DNA from: Candidatus Saccharimonadota bacterium
GTDB lineage: Bacteria; Patescibacteriota; Saccharimonadia; Saccharimonadales; JACDBH01
Assembly: GCA_028289135.1 (NCBI GenBank)
Contig: JAQGGW010000008.1
Location: 98,385-162,384, forward strand
Reading direction: 5' to 3'
DNA: 64,000 bases
Of this stretch, positions 22,028 to 30,428 are shown piece after piece. The notes beneath the pieces were generated by a model. The model made no database searches. It was not told the DNA's origin and worked only from the letters and a program-made list of their open reading frames with translations. The first letter of the stretch is position 1. Each line of letters starts with the position of its first letter. A program made the position numbers and the translations under genes.

Positions 22028-22873
22028 TTAAGAAGCAATAGACCGGAATGAGTGACCTATGCCGCTTTGATAAACGGGCATAATTTTTTCTGTTACTCTG
22101 TCCCTTATTGCTTCGGATTCTCGGCTAGGGATTACTCTAGAGTTACCCCCATTGATTGAAATGGCGTCCGTAGATTCTTTTATTAATTGTAGCAAATCAA
22201 GCCTTTTGCCTGCGGCAAGCTCGTCCGCGTCAAGTTCACCGGGGAACATAAATGTTTCTGGATCAGTAACTACCGGGTGCTGGGCATCTTTGCGTCTGAG
22301 GGCAATATTTCGTGGAGCCATATCCCCATGTATTACATCGCTGCCATGTAACGCTGCTAATGCTGAAGCAGAAGCAGACAACATGAGATCTACATCAATC
22401 TCGTATCCTTCAGGAGCCATACCGCGGTAACGCCGTTCCAGGTCAAAGAGCTCATCATCATAACGGGTTGCCATAAGGACACCTCTGCCAAAATTAGCTA
22501 TCATGACAGGCTCCAAAGTGTTTAAACCAGATCGTTTAGCCATATCATAAGCGCCTACTTCACGACGCCAATTCTGGGGTCCATTATTCGGGTTGTATGT
22601 TTTTATAGCAACAGGAAAAGGCCGAGCACTGCCTATGGCCAAATCGGCAAAATATATTTGATGTCTAGAGTCAATCTGTGGGGGCAGGTCAGGGTTCAAA
22701 GACACGCTGAATTCAGTTGCACCAGCGTGAGCAGGTAGTAAAACGTGTTTAGGGGGAATAATAAGCCCGTTAACTGCCGCCAACGGGTTTTCGGCACCAC
22801 TCAGATCTAGACCTTCAGTTATAACTCTGAAGTCTTCTGAAGAGGGCTCTCTTTGAGCTACCATTGTTGACAT
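22028..22873 (-). CDS. atypical protein-kinase-like fold protein
   Basis: VAIK (PVAIKTY), catalytic-loop-like HGDMAPRNIAL, and DPE in place of DFG (VVTDPETF). Visibly AT-richer DNA. Confidence 0.55.
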   Translation of the reverse strand: MSTMVAQREPSSEDFRVITEGLDLSGAENPLAAVNGLIIPPKHVLLPAHAGATEFSVSLNPDLPPQIDSRHQIYFADLAIGSARPFPVAIKTYNPNNGPQNWRREVGAYDMAKRSGLNTLEPVMIANFGRGVLMATRYDDELFDLERRYRGMAPEGYEIDVDLMLSASASALAALHGSDVIHGDMAPRNIALRRKDAQHPVVTDPETFMFPGELDADELAAGKRLDLLQLIKESTDAISINGGNSRVIPSRESEAIRDRVTEKIMPVYQSGIGHSFRSIAS

Positions 22874-22938
22874 GAAGCTATAATATCACAAATAAGCAAA
22901 AATGTAAAGCATAAGCGCGAGATTTTTTGGAATTTGTA

Positions 22939-23916
22939 TCAACTCTGGGTTTGGGCGTAGGTACCGGTTTCGCTGTTTCGGTCCATGTAGTTGGTGTACC
23001 AGCTGTAGTTGGTGCCTAGCAGTTTGGTGGCTAGCTCGATGCCTAGGTCGGCGGTTTTACCTTCGTCGTCGTTTACGGGGTTATATTCCACGACATCGAT
23101 GCCAACGACATTACAGTTTTTGCCAATATATTCGGTGATGGCGGCAATTTCGCGGTAGGTGTAGCCGCCGCGGCTCGGGATGCCGACACCTGGGGCGTAG
23201 GTGACATCAATGCAGTCTAGGTCCAGGCTGACCCAGATGTTGGGGACTCTTTTTTGGAGGTCGTCGATCATGGCAATCAGGGGTGCCAGGCCGTCTTTGA
23301 GGAAGTCGAACATGGTAAAACAGGCTAGGTTTTCGCGCGCAATCAGGTCAATCTCGGCTTGGTCAAAGTCGCTACCGCCGGCGTGGAGGAGGTTTTCTTT
23401 CTTAAGTTTGGCGCCTTGGCCGTAAACGTCTATAAGTTCGTCGCCGCCAAAGCCCATAAGGGAAGCGACGTGCATACCGTGGATGTTATGGCTAATGCTG
23501 ACATCGGGCGTGTTCATATCGCCGTGAGCGTCTAAGTAGATCAGGCCAATCTGGTCCGTGCCGCCAACTGCTGCTGCCGCGCCCGAAAAAGCACCGAGGT
23601 TAATTGAATGGTCTCCTCCAATAATTACCGGTCTTTTGCCATTCTTTATCGATTCATCAACCATTTTCGCGGCTTGTTCGTTTATCCGCACAATTTCGGC
23701 GGCATATGGCTTGAGCGGATCGCCAGGTTCAAGCTGGGAACGGTCAGTGCAGGGCAGGTCGCCCATATCTTCCACGGATAATCCAGCGTGCTGGAACTTC
23801 TCAACAATTTTACGTTTGCGAAAGGCGCTTGGGCCAATGTCCACCCCAAGTGACTCAGCGCCAAGATCAAGGGGGATGCCGATTAAAGTTACGTCGTTAG
23901 AAGGAGTTTGATTCAT
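22939..23916 (-). CDS. arginase/ureohydrolase family protein (arginase-like)
   Basis: Start moved to ATG 23916 (MNQTPSNDVTLIGIP...). Mn-binding motifs GGDHSI, DAHGDMNTP and SLDLDCIDVTYAPGVG. TGcTACAAT lies 7 nt upstream of the ATG. Confidence 0.85.
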   Translation of the reverse strand: MNQTPSNDVTLIGIPLDLGAESLGVDIGPSAFRKRKIVEKFQHAGLSVEDMGDLPCTDRSQLEPGDPLKPYAAEIVRINEQAAKMVDESIKNGKRPVIIGGDHSINLGAFSGAAAAVGGTDQIGLIYLDAHGDMNTPDVSISHNIHGMHVASLMGFGGDELIDVYGQGAKLKKENLLHAGGSDFDQAEIDLIARENLACFTMFDFLKDGLAPLIAMIDDLQKRVPNIWVSLDLDCIDVTYAPGVGIPSRGGYTYREIAAITEYIGKNCNVVGIDVVEYNPVNDDEGKTADLGIELATKLLGTNYSWYTNYMDRNSETGTYAQTQS

Positions 23917-24018
23917 ACTTAAAATTGTAGCATGGCAGTGATCTTGAAATCTTAAACATTGATTAATACAGGTTTTTAGAGCTGGTACAATAGTTATCAG
24001 TAAATCAAGGAGGGTTCG

Positions 24019-25365
24019 ATGACTGACTTTGCCGGAATCTTTAAAGCTTATGATGTGCGTGGAAAAGTGGGGACGGACCTTACCCCAGAATCTGTTGAGA
24101 TAATTGGGCGGGCGTATGGTGACTGGCTGCCAACGGATGGTGCGGTGGCTGTGGGCCGGGATATGCGCCCAGACAGTGCGGCGCTGGCGGCTGGCGTTAT
24201 TGCCGGGCTTAAAAAACAGGGCAGGGACGTTATTGATATCGGTGAAGTTACTAGCGACATGATCTATTTTGCAGTTGGGCACCTAAACCTTGCCGGTGGG
24301 GCAATGGTAACGGCCAGCCACAACCCAGGTGAGTACAACGGTATTAAGTTTTGCCGCGAAGAAGCTAAGCCAATTGGCGAAGAGTCAGGTCTGTACGAAA
24401 TCCGTGATGCGGCTATTGCGGGGACGTTTGCCGACAAGGCAGAGGGCAGCTCAAAAGAACAGGACATTGTTGAAGACTGGATCCAGCATGTTTTAAGCTT
24501 TATTAACGCCGCGGAACTCAAGCCAATTAAGCTGGCGGTGGACGCGGGCAATGGCATGGGCGGCAAGATTTTCCCTGAGCTGGAGCCATATGTGCCCTGG
24601 GAAGTTACCGAGCTTTATTTTGAGCTGGATGGGACATTTCCTAACCACATTGCCAACCCGTTGGAGCCTAAAAACTTAGTGGATCTCCAAAAATGCATTA
24701 AAGACACTGGTTCAGACGCTGGTATTGCTTTTGACGGTGATGGCGATCGGGCAGTGTTGATTGATGAAAATGGAGTAGCTTTAAGCGGTACAGTATTAAC
24801 AGCCATCTTGGCACGTCACTTTTTGAAAGATAACCCAGGCGCCACAATTTTGTGCAACGCCATCTGTGGACGGGCAGCTGCCAAGGCTGTTGAAGCGGCC
24901 GGCGGCAAGGTGCAGCGGACACGCGTTGGGCATTCGTTTATAAAAGGCGACATGCGCAAATACAATGCGGTTTTTGCGGGCGAACACAGCGGGCATTATT
25001 ATTTTAAGAACAACTTTATGGCTGATTCTGGGCTAATTGCGGCCGTTATTGGACTGTATGTTGCAAGCTTAAGTGGTAAAACACTTTCTGAGCTAGCAGA
25101 AGAATTCCGCAACCTGTATTTTGCGATTCCAGAGACAAACTTTGAAGTTGCCGACAAAATGGCGATGCAGAAAAAGATTGCTGAGGCGTTTAAAGACGGG
25201 GAACAAGACTGGCTCGATGGCCTGACGGTAAATTATCCTGGCGGCTGGTTTAATGTCCGACCAAGCAATACCGAGCCTTTGCTGCGCCTAAATGCCGAGT
25301 GGAACAGCCAGGCCGAGCTTGATAGCATTGTCGAAAAAGTCCAAGGCTTGATCGCTTCAGCTTAA
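24019..25365 (+). CDS. phosphomannomutase/phosphoglucomutase (alpha-D-phosphohexomutase)
   Basis: Active site TASHNPGEYNG, Mg loop FDGDGDR, sugar loop GEHSGH. AGGAGG RBS. TGgTACAAT at 23983-23991. Confidence 0.9.
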   Translation: MTDFAGIFKAYDVRGKVGTDLTPESVEIIGRAYGDWLPTDGAVAVGRDMRPDSAALAAGVIAGLKKQGRDVIDIGEVTSDMIYFAVGHLNLAGGAMVTASHNPGEYNGIKFCREEAKPIGEESGLYEIRDAAIAGTFADKAEGSSKEQDIVEDWIQHVLSFINAAELKPIKLAVDAGNGMGGKIFPELEPYVPWEVTELYFELDGTFPNHIANPLEPKNLVDLQKCIKDTGSDAGIAFDGDGDRAVLIDENGVALSGTVLTAILARHFLKDNPGATILCNAICGRAAAKAVEAAGGKVQRTRVGHSFIKGDMRKYNAVFAGEHSGHYYFKNNFMADSGLIAAVIGLYVASLSGKTLSELAEEFRNLYFAIPETNFEVADKMAMQKKIAEAFKDGEQDWLDGLTVNYPGGWFNVRPSNTEPLLRLNAEWNSQAELDSIVEKVQGLIASA

Positions 25366-25374
25366 GCCAGGGTC

Positions 25375-25402
25375 TTGACGAAGTTATTGGCACTCGTATA
25401 TA
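25375..25402 (+). promoter_or_regulatory. groES-groEL promoter
   Basis: TTGACG (25375-25380), 16 nt, TATATA (25397-25402). Overlaps CIRCE. Confidence 0.6.
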
Positions 25403-25413
25403 GTGAGTGCTAG
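25387..25413 (+). promoter_or_regulatory. CIRCE (HrcA operator) inverted repeat
   Basis: TTGGCACTC-N9-GAGTGCTAG compared with the consensus TTAGCACTC-N9-GAGTGCTAA. A second 8-bp hairpin AATTGGAG/CTCCAATT at 25415-25444 lies in the 5'UTR. Confidence 0.85.
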
Positions 25414-25464
25414 AAATTGGAGGCGTTTACGAGGGTCTCCAATTATCTTAAACGGAGGTTGATT

Positions 25465-25731
25465 ATGAGTGTACCCATTACTCCACTTGCTGACTATGTG
25501 GTGGCAGTTGCCGAAGTTGCGGCTAGCAAAACTATGAGTGGGCTTTATTTGCCGGAAGCGGCCAAAGAAAAGCCAAAAATAGCCAAGATTGTCGCTGTTG
25601 GCAAAGCCGTGCAGGAGCTTAAGCTTAACGACCGGATTATTTATAAAACCTATAGCCCCACCGAAGTAAAGGTTGGGTCTGTTGAGTACATTTTAGTAAA
25701 AGAAGAAGACGTCTTGGCGACGGTAAAGTAA
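25465..25731 (+). CDS. groES: co-chaperonin GroES
   Basis: GGAGG RBS at 25454-25458. Sequence MSVPITPLADYVVAV...GLYLPEAAKEKP...VKEEDVLA. Confidence 0.92.
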   Translation: MSVPITPLADYVVAVAEVAASKTMSGLYLPEAAKEKPKIAKIVAVGKAVQELKLNDRIIYKTYSPTEVKVGSVEYILVKEEDVLATVK

Positions 25732-25892
25732 TGATAGCTAACATTTTTTTGGGTGTTTTGCTGATTATTCTTGGAATAATTTCACGAATCAAAACAAAGC
25801 GGTTCACGGTACTTAATATAATTTTATTGGTTTTAGGTATCGTAATAACTGTTGCAGGAACGATATTTATTAGTATGTTTGATATTTCGTAA
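25731..25892 (+). CDS. small membrane protein (53 aa, 2 TM) between groES and groEL
   Basis: Not in the track. Its ATG overlaps the groES stop (TAATG). Sequence MIANIFLGVLLIILGIISRIKTKRFTVLNIILLVLGIVITVAGTIFISMFDIS. Ends 22 nt before the groEL ATG. Confidence 0.45.
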   Translation: MIANIFLGVLLIILGIISRIKTKRFTVLNIILLVLGIVITVAGTIFISMFDIS

Positions 25893-25914
25893 CATCCATT
25901 TTAAGGAGTAAATT

Positions 25915-27561
25915 ATGGCAAAAAAAGTATTTTATGATGATGACGCCCGCCGCAGAGTGCTAGAAGGCGCGCGGATGCTCTATGAAGCAGTAAAAACAAC
26001 TATGGGGCCAAAGGGCCGCAATGTAGTGATCGGTAAAAGCTACGGCAACCCAACAGTAACGCACGACGGTGTAACTGTGGCAAAGGCCATTGATTTGCCG
26101 GAAGACGAAGAGACTTTGGGATACAAAGTGGGCGCCGAGCTGATTAAACAGGCTGCCAACAAGATGAACGACGTTGCAGGGGACGGCACCACGACCGTAA
26201 CTGTTTTGACGTATCACATCTTAAACGAAGCCAATAAGCTGATTGCAGCTGGGCACAACCCTATGCTGCTTAGAAAAGGGCTCGAAGCAGCTGCTGCCGA
26301 CGCCATTAAGGCGTTGAACGGTATGAGCGAGGATATTACCGGCAAAAAGAACCGCGTGGCCGAAGTGGCTACTATCTCCGCTGGGGACGCGGAAATTGGC
26401 CAGTTGATTGCAAATGTTATCGACAAAGTTGGCAAAGACGGCGTTGTAACTGTCGAAGAAGGCCAGGGTTTGGCGCTAGAAAGCGAAGTGGTCGAAGGCT
26501 TTACGTTTGACCGCGGATTCTTAAGCGCCTATATGGTAACGGACTCAACACGCATGGAAGCAATTTATGACAAAGTGGCTATTTTAATTACCGACAAGAA
26601 AATTAGCTCTGTCCAGGAGATTTTGCCAGTTCTTGAAAAGCTGGCTGCCGTAGGCAAAAAAGATCTAATGATCATTGCCGAGGATATTGAAGGTGAAGCT
26701 CTTGCTACTTTGATTCTTAACCGCCTAAAAGGCGTATTTAACACCATCGCCATCAAAGCTCCATCTTTTGGCGACAGACGCCGCGATATACTGGAAGACA
26801 TCGCAATTTTGACTGGTGGTACGGTAATATCCGAAGAGCAGGGCGTATCGTTTGATGACGTTGAGCTCGGCATGCTTGGGACTGCACGTAAGGTAATCGT
26901 AACCAAGGACGAAACGACCATAATAGAAGGCGCTGGAACTGCAAGCGGTATTAAAAAGCGCATTACCCAGATCAGCGGACAGGCAAGTGCGGCCAAGTCG
27001 GACTACGACCGCGAACAATTAGAAAACCGCCGGGCGGCATTAAGCGGCAAAGTTGCCGTTATTAAAGTCGGCGGTGCAACCGAGACAGAAATTGAAGAAA
27101 AGAAGTTCCGCGTAGACGACGCCGTTGCTGCCGTAAAAGCCGCTTTAAGCGAGGGAATTGTAGCGGGCGGAGGCGTGACGCTAATTAACCTTGGCTCTGG
27201 CCTAAATACCGACGACGATGACACCTCTGTTGCCGCTGGCAAAACTATTCTTAAAAACACACTTGAACAGCCATTCCGTATCTTGCTTTCCAATGCTGGC
27301 CTCAATGCTGATGAGTGGCTTCCGCTGGTAAAAAAGGGCAAGCCAGGGCAGGGTGTAAACGTAAATGATCCAAGCAAACTTGTTGATCTTAAATCTGCCG
27401 GTGTTATTGATCCAGTTCGAGTTACTAAGGAAGCCCTACAAAATGCCGTATCAATTGCCGGAACGGCCATGACTATGGGCGCGTTAATTGTAGACGTCCC
27501 CGAATCTAAATCCGCTATCCAAGACATGTCTGGCATGGGCAGCGGCATGATGGGGATGTAG
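25915..27561 (+). CDS. groEL: chaperonin GroEL
   Basis: 548 aa. Contains AGDGTTT. C-terminal tail is GMGSGMMGM. AAGGAG RBS. Confidence 0.97.
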   Translation: MAKKVFYDDDARRRVLEGARMLYEAVKTTMGPKGRNVVIGKSYGNPTVTHDGVTVAKAIDLPEDEETLGYKVGAELIKQAANKMNDVAGDGTTTVTVLTYHILNEANKLIAAGHNPMLLRKGLEAAAADAIKALNGMSEDITGKKNRVAEVATISAGDAEIGQLIANVIDKVGKDGVVTVEEGQGLALESEVVEGFTFDRGFLSAYMVTDSTRMEAIYDKVAILITDKKISSVQEILPVLEKLAAVGKKDLMIIAEDIEGEALATLILNRLKGVFNTIAIKAPSFGDRRRDILEDIAILTGGTVISEEQGVSFDDVELGMLGTARKVIVTKDETTIIEGAGTASGIKKRITQISGQASAAKSDYDREQLENRRAALSGKVAVIKVGGATETEIEEKKFRVDDAVAAVKAALSEGIVAGGGVTLINLGSGLNTDDDDTSVAAGKTILKNTLEQPFRILLSNAGLNADEWLPLVKKGKPGQGVNVNDPSKLVDLKSAGVIDPVRVTKEALQNAVSIAGTAMTMGALIVDVPESKSAIQDMSGMGSGMMGM

Positions 27562-27566
27562 GCCAT

Positions 27567-27692
27567 ATGCTGTGTCCTCAAACAAAATCAGGTAAACACG
27601 AATGGCATGTGATGCAGGTTAGTGAAGACGAAACACAGAGTCAGACTTTTTGTAAATTATGTGGAATTCAGTACAGTAAAAAAAATACCTAG
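27567..27692 (+). CDS. possible 41-aa Cys/His small protein
   Basis: MLCPQTKSGKHEWHVMQVSEDETQSQTFCKLCGIQYSKKNT. C3/H11/H14 and CxxC at 29-32. No RBS. Speculative. Confidence 0.2.
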   Translation: MLCPQTKSGKHEWHVMQVSEDETQSQTFCKLCGIQYSKKNT

Positions 27693-27710
27693 AGCGTCGA
27701 CCTATTATAG

Positions 27711-27739
27711 TTGCAAAAAATACAGGTTTGTAGTATGAT
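27711..27739 (+). promoter_or_regulatory. sigma70-like promoter of 27769 gene
   Basis: TTGCAA (27711-27716), 17 nt, TATGAT (27734-27739). GGAG RBS at 27753. Confidence 0.5.
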
Positions 27740-27768
27740 ATACTTCTTAATTGGAGTTTTAAGAAGTC

Positions 27769-28284
27769 ATGGCCCTCTTTAACCGCAAAAAACCAAGTCC
27801 AACCGTTCTGCCCGAAATCGATAAGTATTACAATGCCGAAAAAAAGGAACGGATGGGGCTGGCATGGATTTTGGCCGTTATCTCAATCGCATGCGTGGCT
27901 CTTATTCTAATCGGCGGTTTCTTCGGCGGCAGATGGGTCTACCGCAAGGTAAACAACAAAAAGACTGGTGTAGCGACCATAACTGCTCCCGCGTCTAAAA
28001 TTACCCAGCAAAAAACTACCTCGACAGATACCCCAGATTCAAGCCCTCAAACACCTTCAACCCCTTCTAGTACTCCTGCACAGACGGCCCCAGTCAAAAC
28101 TCCTACTAACTCAACGCCTACACCTGCGCCGGCAACAACTCCACCTACAGTCCCATCTTCTGTGGTGTCTCCAACCAAATTAGCAAATACCGGTCCCGGC
28201 AGCACGCTGGCAGTATTTATTATCTCGGCATTAGGATTTGCCGGATTGCATAACTTCTTTATCCGCCGTACGAGCAAGAACTAG
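27769..28284 (+). CDS. Thr/Pro-rich surface protein with LPXTG-like (LANTG) sorting signal
   Basis: N-terminal TM (LAWILAVISIACVALILIGGFF), a T/P/S-rich linker, then LANTG + hydrophobic STLAVFIISALGFAGL + basic tail RRTSKN. Confidence 0.7.
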   Translation: MALFNRKKPSPTVLPEIDKYYNAEKKERMGLAWILAVISIACVALILIGGFFGGRWVYRKVNNKKTGVATITAPASKITQQKTTSTDTPDSSPQTPSTPSSTPAQTAPVKTPTNSTPTPAPATTPPTVPSSVVSPTKLANTGPGSTLAVFIISALGFAGLHNFFIRRTSKN

Positions 28285-28817
28285 TTTTTAGCAGTAAAAT
28301 CGTTGATCTTTTGGATAACGTCGTAAATTGCGGCGGCTTTGGCCTTTTCGTCTGGTAAGTTTTTGGCAGACTCATATACAGAGGTCAATAGGGCTTGGTC
28401 GTTGGTTTCTTCATATACCATTTTGGCGGTTGCATATTTTTCGTCCTGGGTTTGGTCAAGATGGTTAATAAGCGGTGAAAGTTCGTGCAATGCTTGTTGG
28501 CGAAGGCTGCTAAGGTCTTGCATTGAGTTGCCGGTACTTACAACTGCGGCTGGTGAAGACAACTCTTCGTCTGGGACGGGGGTTACAGGCACTGGGGCTG
28601 GAGCGGACTCAACAGGCGCTTCTTCAACTGGGTCTGGGCTCAGGCTTTCCATTTCTTCAGCTGGCGCTTCGACTGCTGGAGCCGGGAGATTTATCTCTTC
28701 TTGAGGGGCTGGAGCTGCTGGCGCAGGCATTGCGCTAGCGTCCGGAGTGCTCGGCACTACAGATACCTGTACGGTATTATCTTCGGTATTATCATCATTG
28801 TTGTCGCGTCCGAACAT
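28281..28817 (-). CDS. acidic Pro/Ala-rich protein, function unknown
   Basis: ATG at 28817 is preceded by AAGGGGGTG. The N-terminal half is low-complexity. The C-terminal 80 aa look helical. Confidence 0.55.
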   Translation of the reverse strand: MFGRDNNDDNTEDNTVQVSVVPSTPDASAMPAPAAPAPQEEINLPAPAVEAPAEEMESLSPDPVEEAPVESAPAPVPVTPVPDEELSSPAAVVSTGNSMQDLSSLRQQALHELSPLINHLDQTQDEKYATAKMVYEETNDQALLTSVYESAKNLPDEKAKAAAIYDVIQKINDFTAKN

Positions 28818-28940
28818 GCCCACCCCCTTGTTTGTAACTGCTATTTAATGGATAGTATATAGCATAACCGTTGTGAGAAAAAGTGTCACCGACAGACGAA
28901 CGGTTAACGACAAATATAGCAACCAAAACCAGGAGAGAAA

Positions 28941-29990
28941 ATGCTAGACGACCTCAAATATATCCATGATAAAGATACTCATGATGCTCTAGGAACGGCT
29001 GGTAAACAATGGCAGCAGCTTGAACATAATTTTGAACTTCCAGACATCGAAAACAAGTTTAGTAATGTAGTACATTCGGGTATGGGCGGCTCGTCGCACT
29101 GGGCGTACCTTAGCACTGCTTGGCCGGGTTATAATTTGCCGTTTGAAGTGGTCCGCGGCTATGATGCACCTAATTATGTAAGTGACAAAACACTATTCAT
29201 TGCATCAAGTTACTCTGGCAATACAGAAGAAACGTTATCTTCGCTTGCTCAGGCCGAAGAAAAGGGAGCTTTTATAGTTGTTATTTCATCTGGCGGGAAG
29301 CTCGTTGATATAGCGAAAAGTAAAGGCTATCCTTTGATAGAGTTGCCTAAAATAGACAAGCCGCGCTATGGATCCTTCTATGGATTTCGTGGTTTGCTTA
29401 CATTGGGAGACAAGTTAGGAATATTGGCCATCCCTAATGCGTCTAAAGAGCTAGAGAGTAATGCATCTTTTTTGCAATCTGCTATGGATTCATGGAAGCC
29501 GGACGTGCCAACGGATAAAAATCCGGCAAAGTTGCTAGCACACGAGCTAGCCGGCAAATCTATAGTCATGTACGGTGGCCCTTTGCTTTATCCTGCTGCC
29601 CACAAATGGAAGATTAGTTTTAACGAAAACGCCAAAAATGTCGCCTGGGAATATCCTTTCCCTGAGTTTAGTCACAACGAGTTTACGGGTTGGACATCCC
29701 ATCCAGTTGATAAGCCGTACGGCATTGTCTATCTGTTATCCTCGTTTGATAATGATCGTATTAAAAAACGGTTTGTGCTAACAGAAAAGCTACTAAGTGG
29801 ACGTTGGCCATCCCCTGAGCATGTAGAAGCGCAAGGCTCGACCAAGCTTCAGCATTTATTGTGGACGGTGGCGCTTGGTGATTTCGTAAGTTTGTATGTA
29901 GCTTTTCTAAATGGAACTAATCCAATTGAGGTTGGCGATAATGATGTTGTTGAACTTTTTAAGAAAGAATTAGGAAGCCCCAATGCCTGA
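28941..29990 (+). CDS. bifunctional phosphoglucose/phosphomannose isomerase-type SIS protein
   Basis: SIS motifs GMGGSS and ASSYSGNTEETLS. The size and two-SIS layout are typical of PGI/PMI. AGGAGA RBS. Confidence 0.7.
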   Translation: MLDDLKYIHDKDTHDALGTAGKQWQQLEHNFELPDIENKFSNVVHSGMGGSSHWAYLSTAWPGYNLPFEVVRGYDAPNYVSDKTLFIASSYSGNTEETLSSLAQAEEKGAFIVVISSGGKLVDIAKSKGYPLIELPKIDKPRYGSFYGFRGLLTLGDKLGILAIPNASKELESNASFLQSAMDSWKPDVPTDKNPAKLLAHELAGKSIVMYGGPLLYPAAHKWKISFNENAKNVAWEYPFPEFSHNEFTGWTSHPVDKPYGIVYLLSSFDNDRIKKRFVLTEKLLSGRWPSPEHVEAQGSTKLQHLLWTVALGDFVSLYVAFLNGTNPIEVGDNDVVELFKKELGSPNA

Positions 29991-30423
29991 TACCGATGTA
30001 CCACAATTTGACCCAAGCGGTTTTACGAATGACCCATATGTAAAAAGGGTAGAAAAACCTTGGGGATATGAGCTTCACTGGGTGCGCGAAGGTGCGCCCT
30101 ACATGGGCAAAATAGAGCATGTTAATGCAGGTGCAAGAATGAGCTTGCAAGTTCATGATCAGAAAAGTGAAAGCTGGTTCATGATGAATGGCAGGGCATC
30201 TGTAATTTGGGAAACCAGTAGTGGTGAGCTGATAGAGACCGAACTTAAAGCCGGCATGGGCTATACAACAAAAGTAGGCCAAAAGCACCGGCTCAAGGGT
30301 TTAACGGATTGCGATATTATAGAAGTATCTACGCCCGAAATGGGTACAACATGGCGGCTTGAGGATGACTATGCGCGGCCAAATGAAACGCCAGACCAGC
30401 GCAAAAAAGAACGTGGCGAATAA
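29983..30423 (+). CDS. cupin-domain protein (mannose-6-phosphate isomerase type II-like)
   Basis: Cupin motifs SLQVHDQKSESWFMMNG and GQKHRLKG. Overlaps the upstream gene by 8 nt. Confidence 0.6.
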   Translation: MPDTDVPQFDPSGFTNDPYVKRVEKPWGYELHWVREGAPYMGKIEHVNAGARMSLQVHDQKSESWFMMNGRASVIWETSSGELIETELKAGMGYTTKVGQKHRLKGLTDCDIIEVSTPEMGTTWRLEDDYARPNETPDQRKKERGE

Positions 30424-30428
30424 CCAGT

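Noticed and set aside
23917-24282. A 122-codon N-terminal extension of the arginase ORF (track 22939-24282).
   Set aside because: The extension overlaps the well-supported phosphomannomutase gene and the divergent promoter region. It has no ureohydrolase similarity. The ATG at 23916 gives the expected family N-terminus (LIGIPLDLG) and sits 7 nt after a TGcTACAAT box.
26565-27581. Minus-strand ORFs of 143 and 192 aa across groEL.
   Set aside because: They are fully contained in the highly conserved groEL reading frame. The peptides are low-complexity (Ser/Pro/Ala-rich), as expected from the antisense strand of a Gly/Ala/Val-rich gene.
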